64,000 nt of DNA, from positions 124,001 to 188,000 of the forward strand of contig JAAOMT010000723.1 in the NCBI GenBank assembly GCA_016748015.1, given 5' to 3'. The position numbers were made by a program, and so were the translations under genes. The notes under the pieces are model-generated. The model was given only the letters and a program-made list of their open reading frames with translations, made no database searches and had not been told where the DNA came from. This DNA is from Geosiphon pyriformis uo1. Lineage: Eukaryota > Fungi > Glomeromycota. Below are positions 39,876 to 54,116 of this stretch, in pieces (position 1 is the stretch's first letter; every line of letters starts with the position of its first letter).

Positions 39876-41611
39876 ATGAAATTTCTAGCAACAGCGGAAA
39901 AATACTCAAATCACTATAAATCATCGTCTTTTCTCATCACTCTTATGTTTGATGTTTTAAACATAATGCAATCTCTATCTACTCTTTCAAAATCAGTCTC
40001 TTCTCAACTTTTAACACACTCACATTTAAATCCTTTAATTTCTGACCTTATACAAGACATAAGCACCCTCTACATATCCTCAGATGACTACAATGTTGTA
40101 TTAAAAATTGGACAAGAACCAAATGTTCAAAACTTCGAAGCACACTCGGTTATTTTAAGAGCTAGATCTGCGTATTTTCAAACTGCATTACAAGAACCAT
40201 GGGTTAAAAAAGAAATGGCTGGAGATAGGGAAAAAATTGTTTTTGAAAAACCAAATATGAAGCCGAGTGTTTTTCAGGTGATTTTAAAGTAAGAAAACCT
40301 TACATATAGGATCAAATAATGCTAAAACTATATCAAATCTTGTAGTTAAGATTTTTTACAAAGCTCACAAAAAATCACAGGAATTACTTCTTCTCTTTCA
40401 AAAAATTTTTTTACTAACCAATTTCAATTTATAGATTTATGTACACTGGAACAATATGGCTAGACGCAACAAGTGATCATATTAGTCTCTTGAGAGCAGC
40501 TGACGAATTAATGCTCACACGTCTTGTTATGCACATACAAGAACATATAATAAATCAAGAGGATGGTCCATGGCTAGACAACGCCCTTACTCAACTATAT
40601 CAATTATCATCTGATAACCTCGGAATGCAAGTTCTAAAGAAATACTGTGAAGATAGAATAGCTAGTGAACCTGAGAGATTCGCTAAAACAAATGAATTTC
40701 TTCGCCTGGAAGAAAAAAGCTTGATCACATTATTAAATCGTGACGATTTTGCCATGGATGAAATTCAAATCTGGGACAATGTGATACAATGGGCAATTGC
40801 ACGTGCCGTACCAACCTTACCAAATGATATAGCCGAATGGACGATACCTCATATTCAAACTTTAGAGAAAATTATAAAACCCATTATTCCATATATTCGT
40901 TTCTTTCAAATATCATCGGCTGATTATTTTTATCGGATCAGACCATTCAAAAAATGTCTGCCTCTTGATCTACGAAATCAGTTAAAAGCCTTTTACCTGG
41001 TTCAAGGAAGTAAACCACCCGCAAATTCTCTTCCATCCCGAAACCCAATCCATACGATTGATTCATTGGTAATTACCCCAAAACAATCCGCGTTTATTGC
41101 AAATTGGATAAAAGGACATAATGGAATGCCCAAGCCATTTGCTCCACATTCGTTTTTGTTTAATTTGTTACTGCGTGGTAGTGTGGATGGTTTTGATATG
41201 TTCGAGTTCCATATGCGATGTGATTTAAAAGGCCCAACCGTTACGGTGATTAAATGCAAAGGGGGCAGAGTAATTGGTGGATATAATCCTCTAGCTTGGG
41301 AAAGCTCAGGTTTCTATAAAACAACCCGTGATAGCTTTATTTTTTCATTTGGTTACGAAATTGGTCATGAGACAAAAGAGGGAAAAGATCCAGAGAAACA
41401 TAAAATTATCTTGAGCAGAGTAAAAAAAGAAAGATATGCCATAAAAGATTTTAATGGAAGTATCGGTGGCGAAAATGTAGGGTTTGGCAATGGTGATTTA
41501 CCACTTTTTGCGTATTCGTGTCGGGAAAAAGCATATGAGAGACCAATTCTGGATGGTTCTCATTTTGAAGTTGAAGAGTATGAAGTTTTTGCGATTGAAA
41601 ACTTGGGCTAG
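39876..41611 (+). CDS. BTB/POZ-BACK-TLDc domain protein, 2 exons (true start may be ATG at 39966)
   Basis: DDYNVVLKIGQEPNVQNFEAHSVILRARSAYF...QVILK|FMYTG; MDEIQIWDNVIQWA; FNLLLRGSVDGF...IGGYNPLAW...EEYEVF. Same intron position as the 12040-13632 paralogue. Confidence 0.93.
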
Positions 41612-42461
41612 TTAGCATGAAGGAATGTTTTTAAAATTTTGTAAATTTATAATTACGTAAAGTCTCAAACTCTTTTTTTTTCACAAACTGTTTCTGTATT
41701 TTATTATCTATGTGAAAAACAAAATTTCCATTATTGTTACACCTATAGTTTTGAACTGAAAGTTCATTGCATTATTAATGAAAAAATGTCAAGTAATAAA
41801 TTTGAACTGGTATTTTGAACTCAATCTCAATTAGGTGAGATTTTCTGGATTCTTGTTTTTTTTAAATCCAAAGGCTAATTAAAGACTCACCAATTCATGG
41901 ATTGACATTGGGCGTTTTCTCAATTTTGTGCCATCATGCAAATTCAATATGAAAAGATGGATCTGCCCCATTCACTGGCAAAAAAGATTCAAGGCGTAAA
42001 TAGAAATAGTATTCCGCCTTTTAATAAACGTACAAATCTTAGCCTCCCGATAGCCTCTATACGTTCAATTATGAATATGTAAATTTATTTTTAATTGATT
42101 CATGTACCAATCACATCAGTAATGTACGCTAACGCACAATCCTTTCTTAAAAGCTTGTAATTGGGATTATAGGAGATTAAAATGATGAATGCCTCAATTT
42201 GGAAAGGTTAAAATAATCAAGTTTAATATATAACATCCTGCTTGGATTATTTAATAATTTCTTAGCAGATTAAATAAAATGATTTTTAGCAAAGATTTAA
42301 TATATATAGCTTCGCCCATTGTCTAAAATAAGATAGTTGAATACTTGCTTATACACTGCATTTGAAACAGAGAATATAAGCAGTTTAAGATTTTTGTTAC
42401 CCTTCATAGAAAATCAATTCTCCTTCCCCAAGTAAACCAGAAAACTAATTTACCTTTCGAA

Positions 42462-44307
42462 ATGGCACATATACCACCAAGAATTTTTTACTTTGCTTTT
42501 TTTATAATTTTCTTGGTATATTTGGCAATTAATTTTTTCATCGGAAGTCAAGTCGTGTCTCCACCGGACGACAATCTTAACCTTCAGGGAAATTTTTTAC
42601 ATATTACCGATCTCCATCCGGATCCATTTTATAAAGTGAACGCGACTATAAAATCGGGTTGTCATAAAACTTTAAAAAAACATCGGGTCGAAGTGCAGAG
42701 AAAACCATCGCATATGAAAATTGGCATCTCGGGGCACTGGGGTGCACCAGCTAGTATTTGTGATTCATCGATGAAGTTGATTGATGCTACGTTTGAATGG
42801 TTGGAGGAGAATTGGGTTGATAAACTTGATTTTGTTATTTGGACTGGAGACAACTCGAGGTTTGTAAAGTCTCAAGTGAGGATTTTAAATATTTCATAAT
42901 TTTTTTAATCAAAAAAATTCTCAATTTAGGCATGACAACGATGATAAGCGACCAAGGCATTGGAAAGAAATTGTAGAAGTTAATCAAATTATTGCGGATA
43001 AATTTATTTCCCTCTTCTCCGCGAAAAATCGTCACCATGGCAAAAGAAATTCACCACATTTTGTTCCAATTGTTCCATCCTTTGGCAACAATGATATATA
43101 TCCGACAAATATTCTCGAGGCTGGTCCAAATAATGTTTTTGAAAAGTACAAACAAATTTGGGCTCCGTTTATTCCAGAATCTCAACTTGAAGTATTCAAA
43201 AAAGGAGGATATATGGAAGTAGAAGTCATTAAAAATCGACTTATTGTTGCGTCCCTTAACTCGATTTATTTCTTTAAATCCAATACCGCGGCACAAGGAT
43301 GTGCAGCGAATGATGAGCCAGGTACGGATCAAATTAAATGGTTAAAAGATGTCTTGCGAAAAGCACGAAAGAATGGCATGAAGGTTTGGATTGTAGGTCA
43401 TGTGGCACCAAGCAAAAGCAAATATACCCCAACATGTTGGAAGAAATATGCGAGTTTGTCACATCAATATAATGATGTGATATTGGGTCATTTATACGGA
43501 CATTCGAATATGGATTATTTTTACTTTATTCGGGAAACTAAGAGAGGTCTGCAATCTTTGAACAAAACAAAAATCGACGAAGAAAATTATCAGGACGAAC
43601 TTGAATTAGATGATGACAAAGACGAGACTGAATATGAAGGTTTCAACGGAGATATTAAACTTTGGGAACAGAATGAATTTGGGGATTCAGAAGATGATAA
43701 CGACGAGATCAAAACAACGGTTTTCAATATTGAAAAATATGCTCGTAAATTGTTAAAGCATTACCGACAGATTCCATCCGTCGAACGTATGACAATAAAT
43801 CAATATACGGTAATTCATGTCAATCCTTCAGTGATCCCAACATTCTTTCCAGGTTTACGAATATATGAATATAATACCACGATTCCTGATCATAAAATAT
43901 CAGCAAAAAATATCGTTGAAATAGATGGTGATAAAGACAAGGACAATTCAAACATGAATATATCAAAGAAAAATTATGACAAACCTTTACCACCCATCAA
44001 CACTTTTCTGAGCCCAATTGGTTATACACAATTCTTTATTAACCTAACTCTTGCAAATCTTTATCACCACAAAATACCGAAATACGAAGTAGAATATACT
44101 ACTCGAGATCATTACAAAATGGACGATCTTACGGTCTTTAGTTGGCTACAATTGGCAAATAGATTGGCCAAAGATGGCCAGAATGGGAAATTCTGGAAAA
44201 AGTTTCGAGAGCATTTGGTCATTGGTACACATAATCTAGTGGAAGATCGTATAGGGGGTAAGGAAGTACATGTACATGAAAAAGATGATGGCATAGAATC
44301 TGAATAG
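42462..44307 (+). CDS. PPN1: Endopolyphosphatase (calcineurin-like metallophosphoesterase, type II membrane protein), intron 42860-42929
   Basis: N-terminal TM; FLHITDLHPDPFY; DFVIWTGDNSR|HDND; PSFGNND; GHVAP; GHLYGHSNMD; PSVIPTFFPGLRIYEYN; YEVEYTT. This motif order matches fungal Ppn1. Confidence 0.9.
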
Positions 44308-45051
44308 GGTAAAAATTTTTTTACAAATTATAAATATAGAAATAATGTAATTAATAATAAATCTTGTAATAATAATAATTTATGCTCATCAGGAGTTAAT
44401 ACGGGTACGAGATAATCATTTTTTTCTCATTTAAAATAATAATATTTGTACCAAGGGGTCAAAAAAATAATTACATGCATATTTTACACTTGTACAATGA
44501 ACAGGATACAAACTTTTTTAGGGATAAATATTTGACAGTTATCGTAATAATTCACCAAAAACTTTAATTTAAAATGTTGAACACCATCAATTTTCGATTA
44601 GTGCACAGATGGAACGCGTAGCTTTACTACGCATCTCGGACCTTCTTCAAAATCCTAGTGAACTTCGAGCCACAAAATTTTGTATAAAAATGGCCTCGAA
44701 GCAACGCTTGAACCGACGTATCTTGCCGTTCTTAAATTCTCACTTTTTTAACAACATTTCTTGACGTTTAACAACTCTATCGTTATTGTGTTTTTGGTTT
44801 TTAGTTAAATCAATAATTTACGAAATTTTGTTACCTTGAAATTTATTTCTTTCTTTGCACCCTTTACCAAATCTTTAAGGACGATTACCGGTTTTTGTTA
44901 ACTTGTAACGTTTGATTATTCTTTCTCTTCAACCTTTTTTGTGACGACTCTTTATCCCCAACATACGCGCTTTTCTTCTCACGCCTCCAACAAAAAACCT
45001 TCATCATCTTCCACTTCTCTATCAACTTCGTACTTTCCAATTATCATCAAA

Positions 45052-47155
45052 ATGCCAGTAACAACCACCGGTCTTTCTCTCGCCTCCCGCAAAAATATTC
45101 GTGATGAATTCACTAACAAAGCTCCTGAACTCAAAAAGATTCTTAAAGAGGTTACCGGTCATGATTACGAATTCTCTGTTGATTTTACCTCAATTTATAA
45201 CGATTCGGTGAAAGCCAATGAGGAACAGACTCAGTATTTTGCCTCAAACTTGGGAAGTATCGCTTTTCGTTATTTCGAATCGCTTATCGGGAACATTAAG
45301 CGAATCGCCCAAAAGGATGACCTTGTCCGTGGTGACTTTGTAAAATTGACTGAAAATCGTGAAATTGTTCTTGTTCATGATCTTGATCTTGAGGAATATA
45401 ATAGGTTTGTTGAAGGGATCTAGGTCTTTGTCTGTTTTCTTTTCTTTTTCTTGGGATATATTAACCTATTTGACGTAATTTTTAATCAAATCTTTCTTCG
45501 TCAATTTCATTATTTTTCTAGCGTTGAAGTTACCGATGGCACTATTTACATTAAAACACGTCCTTCTTCATTTGGTACCAACGTCGATGCCGGTTACTAT
45601 CTCATCAATCAATTAAAAGATACAGCTGAAGTTTTACCAGTTCAAACCAAGAAAAGTATTCGTGATGATTGGGAATTGAAAATTCCAGCCTTGAAGAAAG
45701 TTATCAAAGAATCTCTTGGTGAAAGCTATGAATTCGTAGTTAACTTTGACGAAATCTACCTTATGGCAATTAAAGGAGATGATAGTCGAGAAAGTTATTT
45801 CACCTCCAACCTCGGCTCTTTGACCTTTGATTATTTTTCGGCACTTACTGAAAATATTAAACGTCACGCGGCGAAAGATGAATTGGTTCGCAATGAAATT
45901 CTCAAATTGACCGATACGCGAAAGATTCATCTCGTCATTGAAACAGATTTAGAAGATTATAATGAAGTGGTAGTTGTTGATGGCGGCATCTATATCAAAG
46001 TAAGGCAAAACTCCTTTGGCAACAATTCAAATTATACTGGTAAGTCCAAGAAAATAAATTTTTATTAGAAAGAGCTATCTACACACTTGCCATTCTAACT
46101 TTCAAATTATCCACTTGAAAAATCTCTTAGGATACTACCTAATTAATTCTATACAAGATCCTCACGAAGTGCTCTCATTAAAAGCCAAAAAAGACGTTCG
46201 TGATGAATGGGAGCTGAAAATTCCAGCTCTCAAGAAACAACTCAAAAAAGTACTTGGAGAAGATTATGAGTTCGAAGTAGATTTTGATGACGTTTATGCT
46301 CAGGTCATCAAAGTAAATGAAGATCAGAAAGATTATTACAATTCAAATTTAGGATCTGTCACTTTTCGATATTTCGAATCAATCGTTCAGAATATCGAAA
46401 AGAACACCAAGAATGATGATCTTGTACGTAAAGAATTTCTTGATTTAACTTTAGAACGTAAAATTGTACTTGTTCTTGAGGTTGACCTGGTAAGTTTGAA
46501 TCGTTTATTATACATATATGTTGAATCTATAATTTTGAAAGTATACTTTTTTAATCAGTTTTAACTCTTCATTATTTTATAATAAATATTACAGGATGAT
46601 TATAATGACATTGAAGTCTTAGATGGCTTATTATATATAAAAGTTAGACCAGGCTCTTACGGAAGTAATTCTTCGGTCGGATACTACTTGGTCAAAAAAC
46701 TTCATCATCCTGACTCGGTTCTACCAGTAAGCACAAAAAAAGACATTCGTGACGAATGGGATAATAAGATTCCAGAACTAAGGACCAAGCTCAAAAAAGC
46801 TGTTGGTGAATATTACCAGTTCAGGGTTGACTTTGACGATATATACACAACAGCCATTAAAAATTCACCAGATGATCATGAATGGTTAACCAGAAGCTTA
46901 GGGGACGTAACGTACGGTTATTTCGAATCATTGGTCAATAATATAGTGCGTGTCACGAAAGATGATGATTTGGTACGTGAAGGATTCTTGGAAGTGACTG
47001 AAAATCGGGAGTTTTATTTGGTGCATGATTCCGAATGGGAAGATTCTTCTCCAGATGTACAAGTCAAAGATGGAGCCTTGTATATTCGAGTGAAGCCTGG
47101 CTCTTTTGGACAGAATCGAAATTATGTTGGGTATAATATTATTGATAAATTATAA
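45052..47155 (+). CDS. 596-aa protein of four tandem ~147-aa repeats of an unrecognised domain (exons 45052-45404, 45522-46039, 46131-46489, 46595-47155)
   Basis: Exon lengths 353+518+359+561=1791 nt, all GT-AG and in frame. Each unit has (R/K)KxxRD(E/D)(W/F)xxKxP, GxxY(E/Q)FxV(D/N)F, (N/S)LGxxxxxYF, D(D/E)LVR, DGxxYI(K/R) and S(F/Y)GxN. Confidence 0.9.
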
Positions 47156-49494
47156 TATAATACATTTATATTTGAATCTTGAGATAAAAATTTATTACTT
47201 TAATATAATTTTTATTTTTCTTATATATATATATATATAATATATTAACTTTTATCAATACTTTCTAATCATTTTTCGCGAAATATGATTTATGCCCATA
47301 CATTTTATTGAGTCCTCTTTGATTTTCCTAAGATTTTCCAATTATGAACTTCCCTAATTGAACAAAACACAAATAACTTTGTATCCCTTTTTTTATGGTA
47401 ATTCCAAGCCCATTAAGTTCATTTCATTTAAACACTATGTCTTTCATTGTAAATGTAGCAGATAAAAATTTATACATTTTGTAAATATAGTTTTAGGATA
47501 TTTTTTGTTTCTAATTTAAGTAAAAATTATTTGTATTTAGTTGTAACTAAGTTTTTTTAACATTTCAAACGTAAATAAAACAAAATTCTCGAGACCAAGT
47601 TAAATCTGTAAATATATGACTGTACGTATAAAGTAATTAAACAATAACAGGTTTGAAATGAAAATTGAATTTTAATATCTTGAGTTCCATGGTTTTTACC
47701 TGGGTAATTGAAACAGTTGAAAGATATAGGTGACAACATGCCGACTTTGGGGAAGAAATAATATTTTGCCGATACCCATTTAATAACATTTTTCTTCAAC
47801 ATATTTCCGATGACATTTTAGTGTTTCATATTTGTATAGATAAAAAGTAGTCATAAATCTTGCAGCTTAAATAGAAATTTTCGCTTAAAGAATCTCTACT
47901 TTGCTCAAAATACGGTATATTTATATAAAGTTTTTTTTTTTTTATAGAAAAATTTGTCTCATTTAATTTAAAATTAATTAGACTACAGATATAACCAGGC
48001 AAGAAAAATCCTAAACCATCAATTCCTCGTAACTCGTATTTAGCAAATGAATTAGGAATTTTAATGATTAGGATGGTGGAGACAACACAATGAGTTTTAA
48101 ATTAAAAAATGTTTCTAAAATAGCATTTTAAGTTACAAATCTCTATTAAACATTCAATTGTGAATAAAGGTGAATATTTGAAATTTAGAGAAATTTCATT
48201 TACACATGGAAACTTGACTAGTAATAAAAGATGGTTAAAAAATTTTCAACCTTGCAAAAAAACAAAGTTCACATCGAATATTTAACTTTTTAACTTTTGC
48301 CTCTTTGCTATAACTGTTCATTAGATTTGTTTTAAGACTCGTGACTTTCATCTCATTAACTTCTTGAGACATTTCATTTTCTGATATATGGAAAACGAAT
48401 ATAAATATAAATATAAATATAAATTAAATATAAATTAAATATATCCATTTTGGTCAATGTAGTCTTTGAATACGATTAATCATGATGGTAAAAAAAGTGT
48501 TAACCCTCGCGACAAAGACATTTATTGAAATTAGTAATAATAAAATTATATAAAACAAAAAATCAATTTAAAAAATTGAATGATGATTTAGTGAAGAATT
48601 GTGGGATAATCAAGTTAATAATTTTTTTAATTAAATCAATGATTATTCATATATAGCAATAACAAGAAGTTTGGTAATAATAGAAATCAGGATAAAAACT
48701 TGGCGAACTATAAGAATTTGCGATAAAATCAGAAATAAGTAAAAAATAATTTATTTGAAAGCTATTTTTACTTTGATTCTCTGACCAAAATTCTTTTTAA
48801 TAATTTTATAAATTTCTTTCTCACAAAGCTCTCATATAAACATATGACTTTTATAAGCTTTTTTTGCTTCTTTGAGATTTTATATATTATTTATTTTTTT
48901 TAAATACCCTTTCTTTCTTTTTTTTTTTAAAATCTAAAATTACTTAAATACAAGTAAAATTTTATTGATCTGCTTTTAATTTATTCTACATGTATTTTTC
49001 AAATATTTTTTTTATTGTACATGTACATTGGCTAGACTTTTAAAGATCAGCCTACTACCTAATCAATACATCAGGTATCACCCTCATGTATCAAAACAAA
49101 ATACAAATGAGCAATTGGATTTTACCGAAAAAAAATAAAATAAAATAAAAAATCTTCCAAATAACTATAATCCATATGGATCAATTTTTTTGAGTCCCCA
49201 ATCCAGTCCAAACAGGTTTGTGAAAAGCTAACTTATAAATTAAAAAATAGCCCAAACGATAATTAGTTAAAACAACTAAATTATGGTGAAACGTTTCAAA
49301 TGCTCCTTACGCTAAACTCCTAAGCTTTTGATATCTGTGTGTGATGAATTATTGATTTTTTTCTCTTGAAATCAATTTTTTTAACTTTGGTTCCCCAAAA
49401 TATTTATAAACGAAAACAAACCAACTTTATAATAGAATTTAAAGAGTGGTTACTCTCTTTAAAAGATATCCAAATTTTATTTAACTTCACAAAA

Positions 49495-49518
49495 ATGGAA
49501 TCGGAATTTAATCAAATG

Positions 49519-49558
<40 letters not shown>

Positions 49559-50467
49559 TGTCGTGTTCATTATTAAATTCTTTTCAATACCAAAACCAAC
49601 AATTTCAATCAAAATCATCACCATCTTTTGGCCCTCAACCTTTTCCAAACCGTAATCACCACACACAAAGCTTATCAACCCTTCCACCAGAACTTCTTGC
49701 CGAAATTTGTAAATATCTACCACCATCCGATTTGATTTCCCTTTCACTAGTCTGTCATCGTCTACAAAATTTCCTTTGTGAACCATCCTCAAAAACAACA
49801 CAAGCAATCTGGCGTGGTTCAAGATTATATTTTATCCCTAGATTACATTTGGAACCACCCGAAGGAATGAACGAGAAATCTTATATCAGACTGAACGCAT
49901 TAGAAGATGGATGTCAATTTTGTCGGATTCAGCATCCGGTCTTGATAAAAGTTTATTGGGCGTTTCGTGTACGAGCTTGTAAAACTTGTATTACTGTGAG
50001 AACTAAGGGGTATAAAATTTTTTTTGATAACTATCAAAAAATTGGAATCTTTTTCATAATTTTTACTTCAATCTAAAATATATATCTCATTGTAATAATT
50101 TTTAAGACATAATGAATTATTAAATATTGACAAAATACCAGAATACATCTTAAACTCACTGCCATACATTGGTCCTTACTCTACCCGTCTTTACTGGAGA
50201 TCCGAAGTTAAATCCGTGTGGCAAGAATATTCACGGTTAAAATGTGAAGAAGATAAACATGATTGGTTAGTGGAAAAGAAATTGGATACTTCCCATCGAA
50301 TGACAGAGACCACATTACGAGAGGATACAGCAATGGAACAAGAATGGAATAAGAGTTGGGATTTTGTTCATAATCGATTGCGAGATGTATTGAGAAGATT
50401 AAATGAACAGTTGAGGTTGGTCGAGGAGTTGGCTAGCTCGAGGTTATCTACTAATGATGAAGTTTAG
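49495..50467 (+). CDS. F-box protein with CxxC...CxxC module and N-terminal poly-Ser, 2 exons (intron 50010-50106)
   Basis: LSTLPPELLAEICKYLPPSDLISLSLVCHRL; TQAIWRGSRL; GCQFC...WAFRVRACKTC. Splicing joins to ORF 50216-50467. A (TCA)n tract at 49519-49557 encodes poly-Ser. Confidence 0.9.
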
Positions 50468-51822
50468 GGAAATTTGGTGAGTTGGGATTCAATGAATTTT
50501 TTATAGATTTTTTTGTTTTTTTTTTTGTTTTTTTTTTGTTTTTGTTTTGTTTTTGTTTTGTTTCAAAATTAGAAATATGGAAAATTCATAAATTTATTAA
50601 TCAAATTTTTAAAAATGAATCGAAACATTCCACTCATATTAAAAAGAGAGAAGTTACTTTATACAATCAGTGACAACTAATTGAATGATTTCAAAATGAT
50701 TTATCCAATTTTATTTTTTATCGATCAAAGAAGGAATTAAAATATTGATTCGACATGAGGATGAAACATGAAAATGTCTTATGAAATTTTCAATCATCAA
50801 AGAAAATTGCTAAATATTTTTGACTTATTGCTTTCAAGATAATAAAGAACAGAAACATGAGAAAAAAACATTTTTTAAAGTCCATCACTAAAAGACAGAG
50901 ATTTTTATAATTATTCTCTAAAGTTTTAATAAAAAAATTTACAACGTGATATGAAATTCTGGAGAATTTTGATATAGATATTTTGAATTTTCAGATTCAA
51001 ATATTTCCAAGATTTCATATTTGAGGACTACCAAATAAATTTGAATGAATTCACAAAAATAAAAATATTTTTCATAGGAGAATTGTTCGATCAAATAGAA
51101 TACCTTTCTAATTCCTCACAAACAATTTAATTGAGAATAAATTTTTTTAGTCATTTCATTGAATCATCTTTGAAAAAATTTAATAATAATAACTTTTATA
51201 TTCTCTTGCCTATTCCTTTGATGGCTGAAATAATATTATTATTATTATATTTTTGGAAAAAATAAATCTATTGTAATCTTTTAATATCTTTTTACCTCTT
51301 AAACAATTGCCATGAATTTCCATGAATTTCCATGATCAAAATAAGATTATGAAATTCGATTATTTGGTATTAATAATAAATGGATAGTTTCGATGGCGAA
51401 TAAATTCTCGATTAGAAAAAATGATATTACGATGAAAAATTATTCAAGAATATCTTATTCAATTATAGTCAAATCTGGAAAAAGAATAAAACTTTATAAA
51501 AGATTTTTTATTATTAAAATAAATATGTCCCATAATTCGCTTTATATTATTCTGAACGTAAATAATAACCTGGGATACACAAATTAATAAGAAAAAATTA
51601 GTCCGTTAGTTATTTCAATATCTTTTTTTTCTAATTCCCAATCATCGATATTGTTTGTCACACGGACTAGATTAATATTATTATTTGATCTAAAGAATAT
51701 TCACATAAAATTTTCAAAAGCATAAACAAAAAGGTTTTATGGCTCTCATTCTTTAGACATTTTTTTTTATTTTTTATAAGTAAAGAAAAATTGGAAGAGA
51801 AAGGACTTTTCAAATGAAAGAA

Positions 51823-51860
<38 letters not shown>

Positions 51861-52115
51861 GTATATGTATATGAAAATTTTTTAATCTTTTAGTCTCAAA
51901 TTAATTAATTAATTAAAAAAAAAACTTTTTTTATCTCTTTGAGACAGATTTTTTTTCAAAGAATTTTTTCTAATTTGGGTTTTACCTACATAACCAAAAA
52001 TTAATAGAAGAAAAAACGGTCGAACAAGAAATTGATCTAAAATTAAAATTTATTTATTTAAAAAATTTTGTTTATTTAATTTTCAAATATTTTAAATTTC
52101 ATTTTGAGTAATATA

Positions 52116-52173
52116 TTGATTGATTGATTGATTGATTAATTAATTAATTAATTAATTAATTAATTAATTAATT
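52116..52173. repeat. (TTGA)n grading into (TTAA)n compound microsatellite
   Basis: Read directly from the sequence. Confidence 0.9.
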
Positions 52174-53234
52174 GAAGTGAACTTCTTTCTGGTGATAAAA
52201 TATGATAAAGTTTGAAAGTAGTATTAAAGAGATTATATATATATGTTTTATTTTCTGATCTTAGAATAAAATTTTATAATATTAAAAAAAAAAATTATTA
52301 GTCATTTAATGTGAATTCATATAAAAATCCATTTTTTATATTTTATGCATAAATTTATTAATTACAAAGTTTAAACTTTTTTTGAAAATTTACAGTTTAA
52401 TTAATTTCAATATATATATATATATATAATTTATAAGAATTTTAATTAAAAATATTATTTATATATAATATTATATTAAAATTAACTTAAAAATTAACTT
52501 GATTTATTTTTTATTTTATAAAAAAAAATAAGTTAATAAATAAATAAATATTTTAATATTTTTTTTTTTTACCTTTTACATATAGTAATCATTTTAAAAT
52601 TTATATATTCAAAAATTTGTCTATTTAAAAATAAAAATACTTAATTATTATTATTCATAATAACTGTGTTAACTATTTCTTTTTATGCAAGAAGAAAGTT
52701 ATTAATTGCATAATGAAACATTTTTGTTTGCTCAAAAAAAAAATAATAAAATAATAAAAGTCATCATTTTTAGCTTTTTAAACGTGAAAATCTCAGAATG
52801 GATTACAAAATCATCTTTTTAAGTTAGCAAAAAAAAAAAAAAAAAAATTTCAATAATGCAATATTACATATTCGGCCATTTTTATTCAGACTACGAATAA
52901 TATTAAAAGGTAGTCTAGACATAATCGGATTCATACATTAATTAAGGCATAAATAGAGATGTGAAAAAAAAATGTGTGTGAGAAAAAAAAGTTCTTTAAT
53001 AATTTTATTTCTATAAATTTCTCCCTTCAAAAAAATCATTAAATGCAAAAAAAGATTTCGACATATAAAAATATTCAATATTCGAATCATGCGTATCTTT
53101 CAGTTCTCTCAATCTTTTTATGAAAAAAATTGAGGAAAGATTTCATAAATATTATGGACCTCTCTGAAAATCACTAAATGAATTTCAAACACATGTAATA
53201 AAGTTTTTTTTTACATTACTCTTTTACCAAATTA

Positions 53235-53272
<38 letters not shown>

Positions 53273-53700
53273 TGAAAATCTTTCTCTTACTAAATCATTC
53301 CAACTTTATATTTGTTTGTTTTTTTAAGAACATTCTGGACTCTTTTTGGAATACGAGAACAGAAACTCTTTGTACCAAATTCTAGCTTTTGCTTTTTTTG
53401 GACTTTTAAATAGACTACTTATTAGGTATTGTATTCCTTTTTAACTATTAATAAAGGTAAAAACTAACCCAATTGATGTATAATTTTCGAAAATTATATG
53501 TTCTAATTGGATTTCCTATCGCGGTTTCTTTGTATCTTTGAAATCAAAAAAATGTTTCGGGAAAAACCCTAGAAAATAGAGTTAGATAGGGTTCAAGTTT
53601 TAATTTTCTCTTTCAAAAATTTAAAAGTGTCCAGATGACCGTTGCTTGAAAAAAAAAAAAATTTTAAAGATTAATCCGAACACGATATGATATTATTCTC

Positions 53701-53800
53701 AGGTCAGGTCAGTTCAGTTCAGTTCAGTTCAGTTCAGTTCAGTTCAGTTCAGTTCAGTTCAGTTCAGTTCAGTTCAGTTCAGTTCAGTTCAGTTCAGGTC
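53701..53800. repeat. (AGTTC)17 pentanucleotide repeat flanked by AGGTC variants
   Basis: Perfect run at 53711-53795. Confidence 0.95.
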
Positions 53801-54030
53801 ATGTCCAGGTCGGGTCAGATGAAGTTTCCTCGGTTTTTCCCACAGGCTGCCGAATTTTCCATGTTTGGTTTAGCCATTGAGATTTTTTAGAAATTCACAT
53901 GATTTTGAGTAATTTTTTTAATTAGAGATTTTGAACTATTTTCTTTGATTGACAACGGGAAATAGATGAAATCTTTCTTGAAATTTCAGGAAATTTCATT
54001 ACTTTTCTCAAAAACTTTCTTTATATACTT

Positions 54031-54061
<31 letters not shown>

Positions 54062-54068
54062 CTTTATC

Positions 54069-54107
<39 letters not shown>

Positions 54108-54116
54108 CTCTCTCTC
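54031..54116. repeat. (CT)n/(TTTC)n polypyrimidine tract
   Basis: Read directly from the sequence. Confidence 0.9.
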
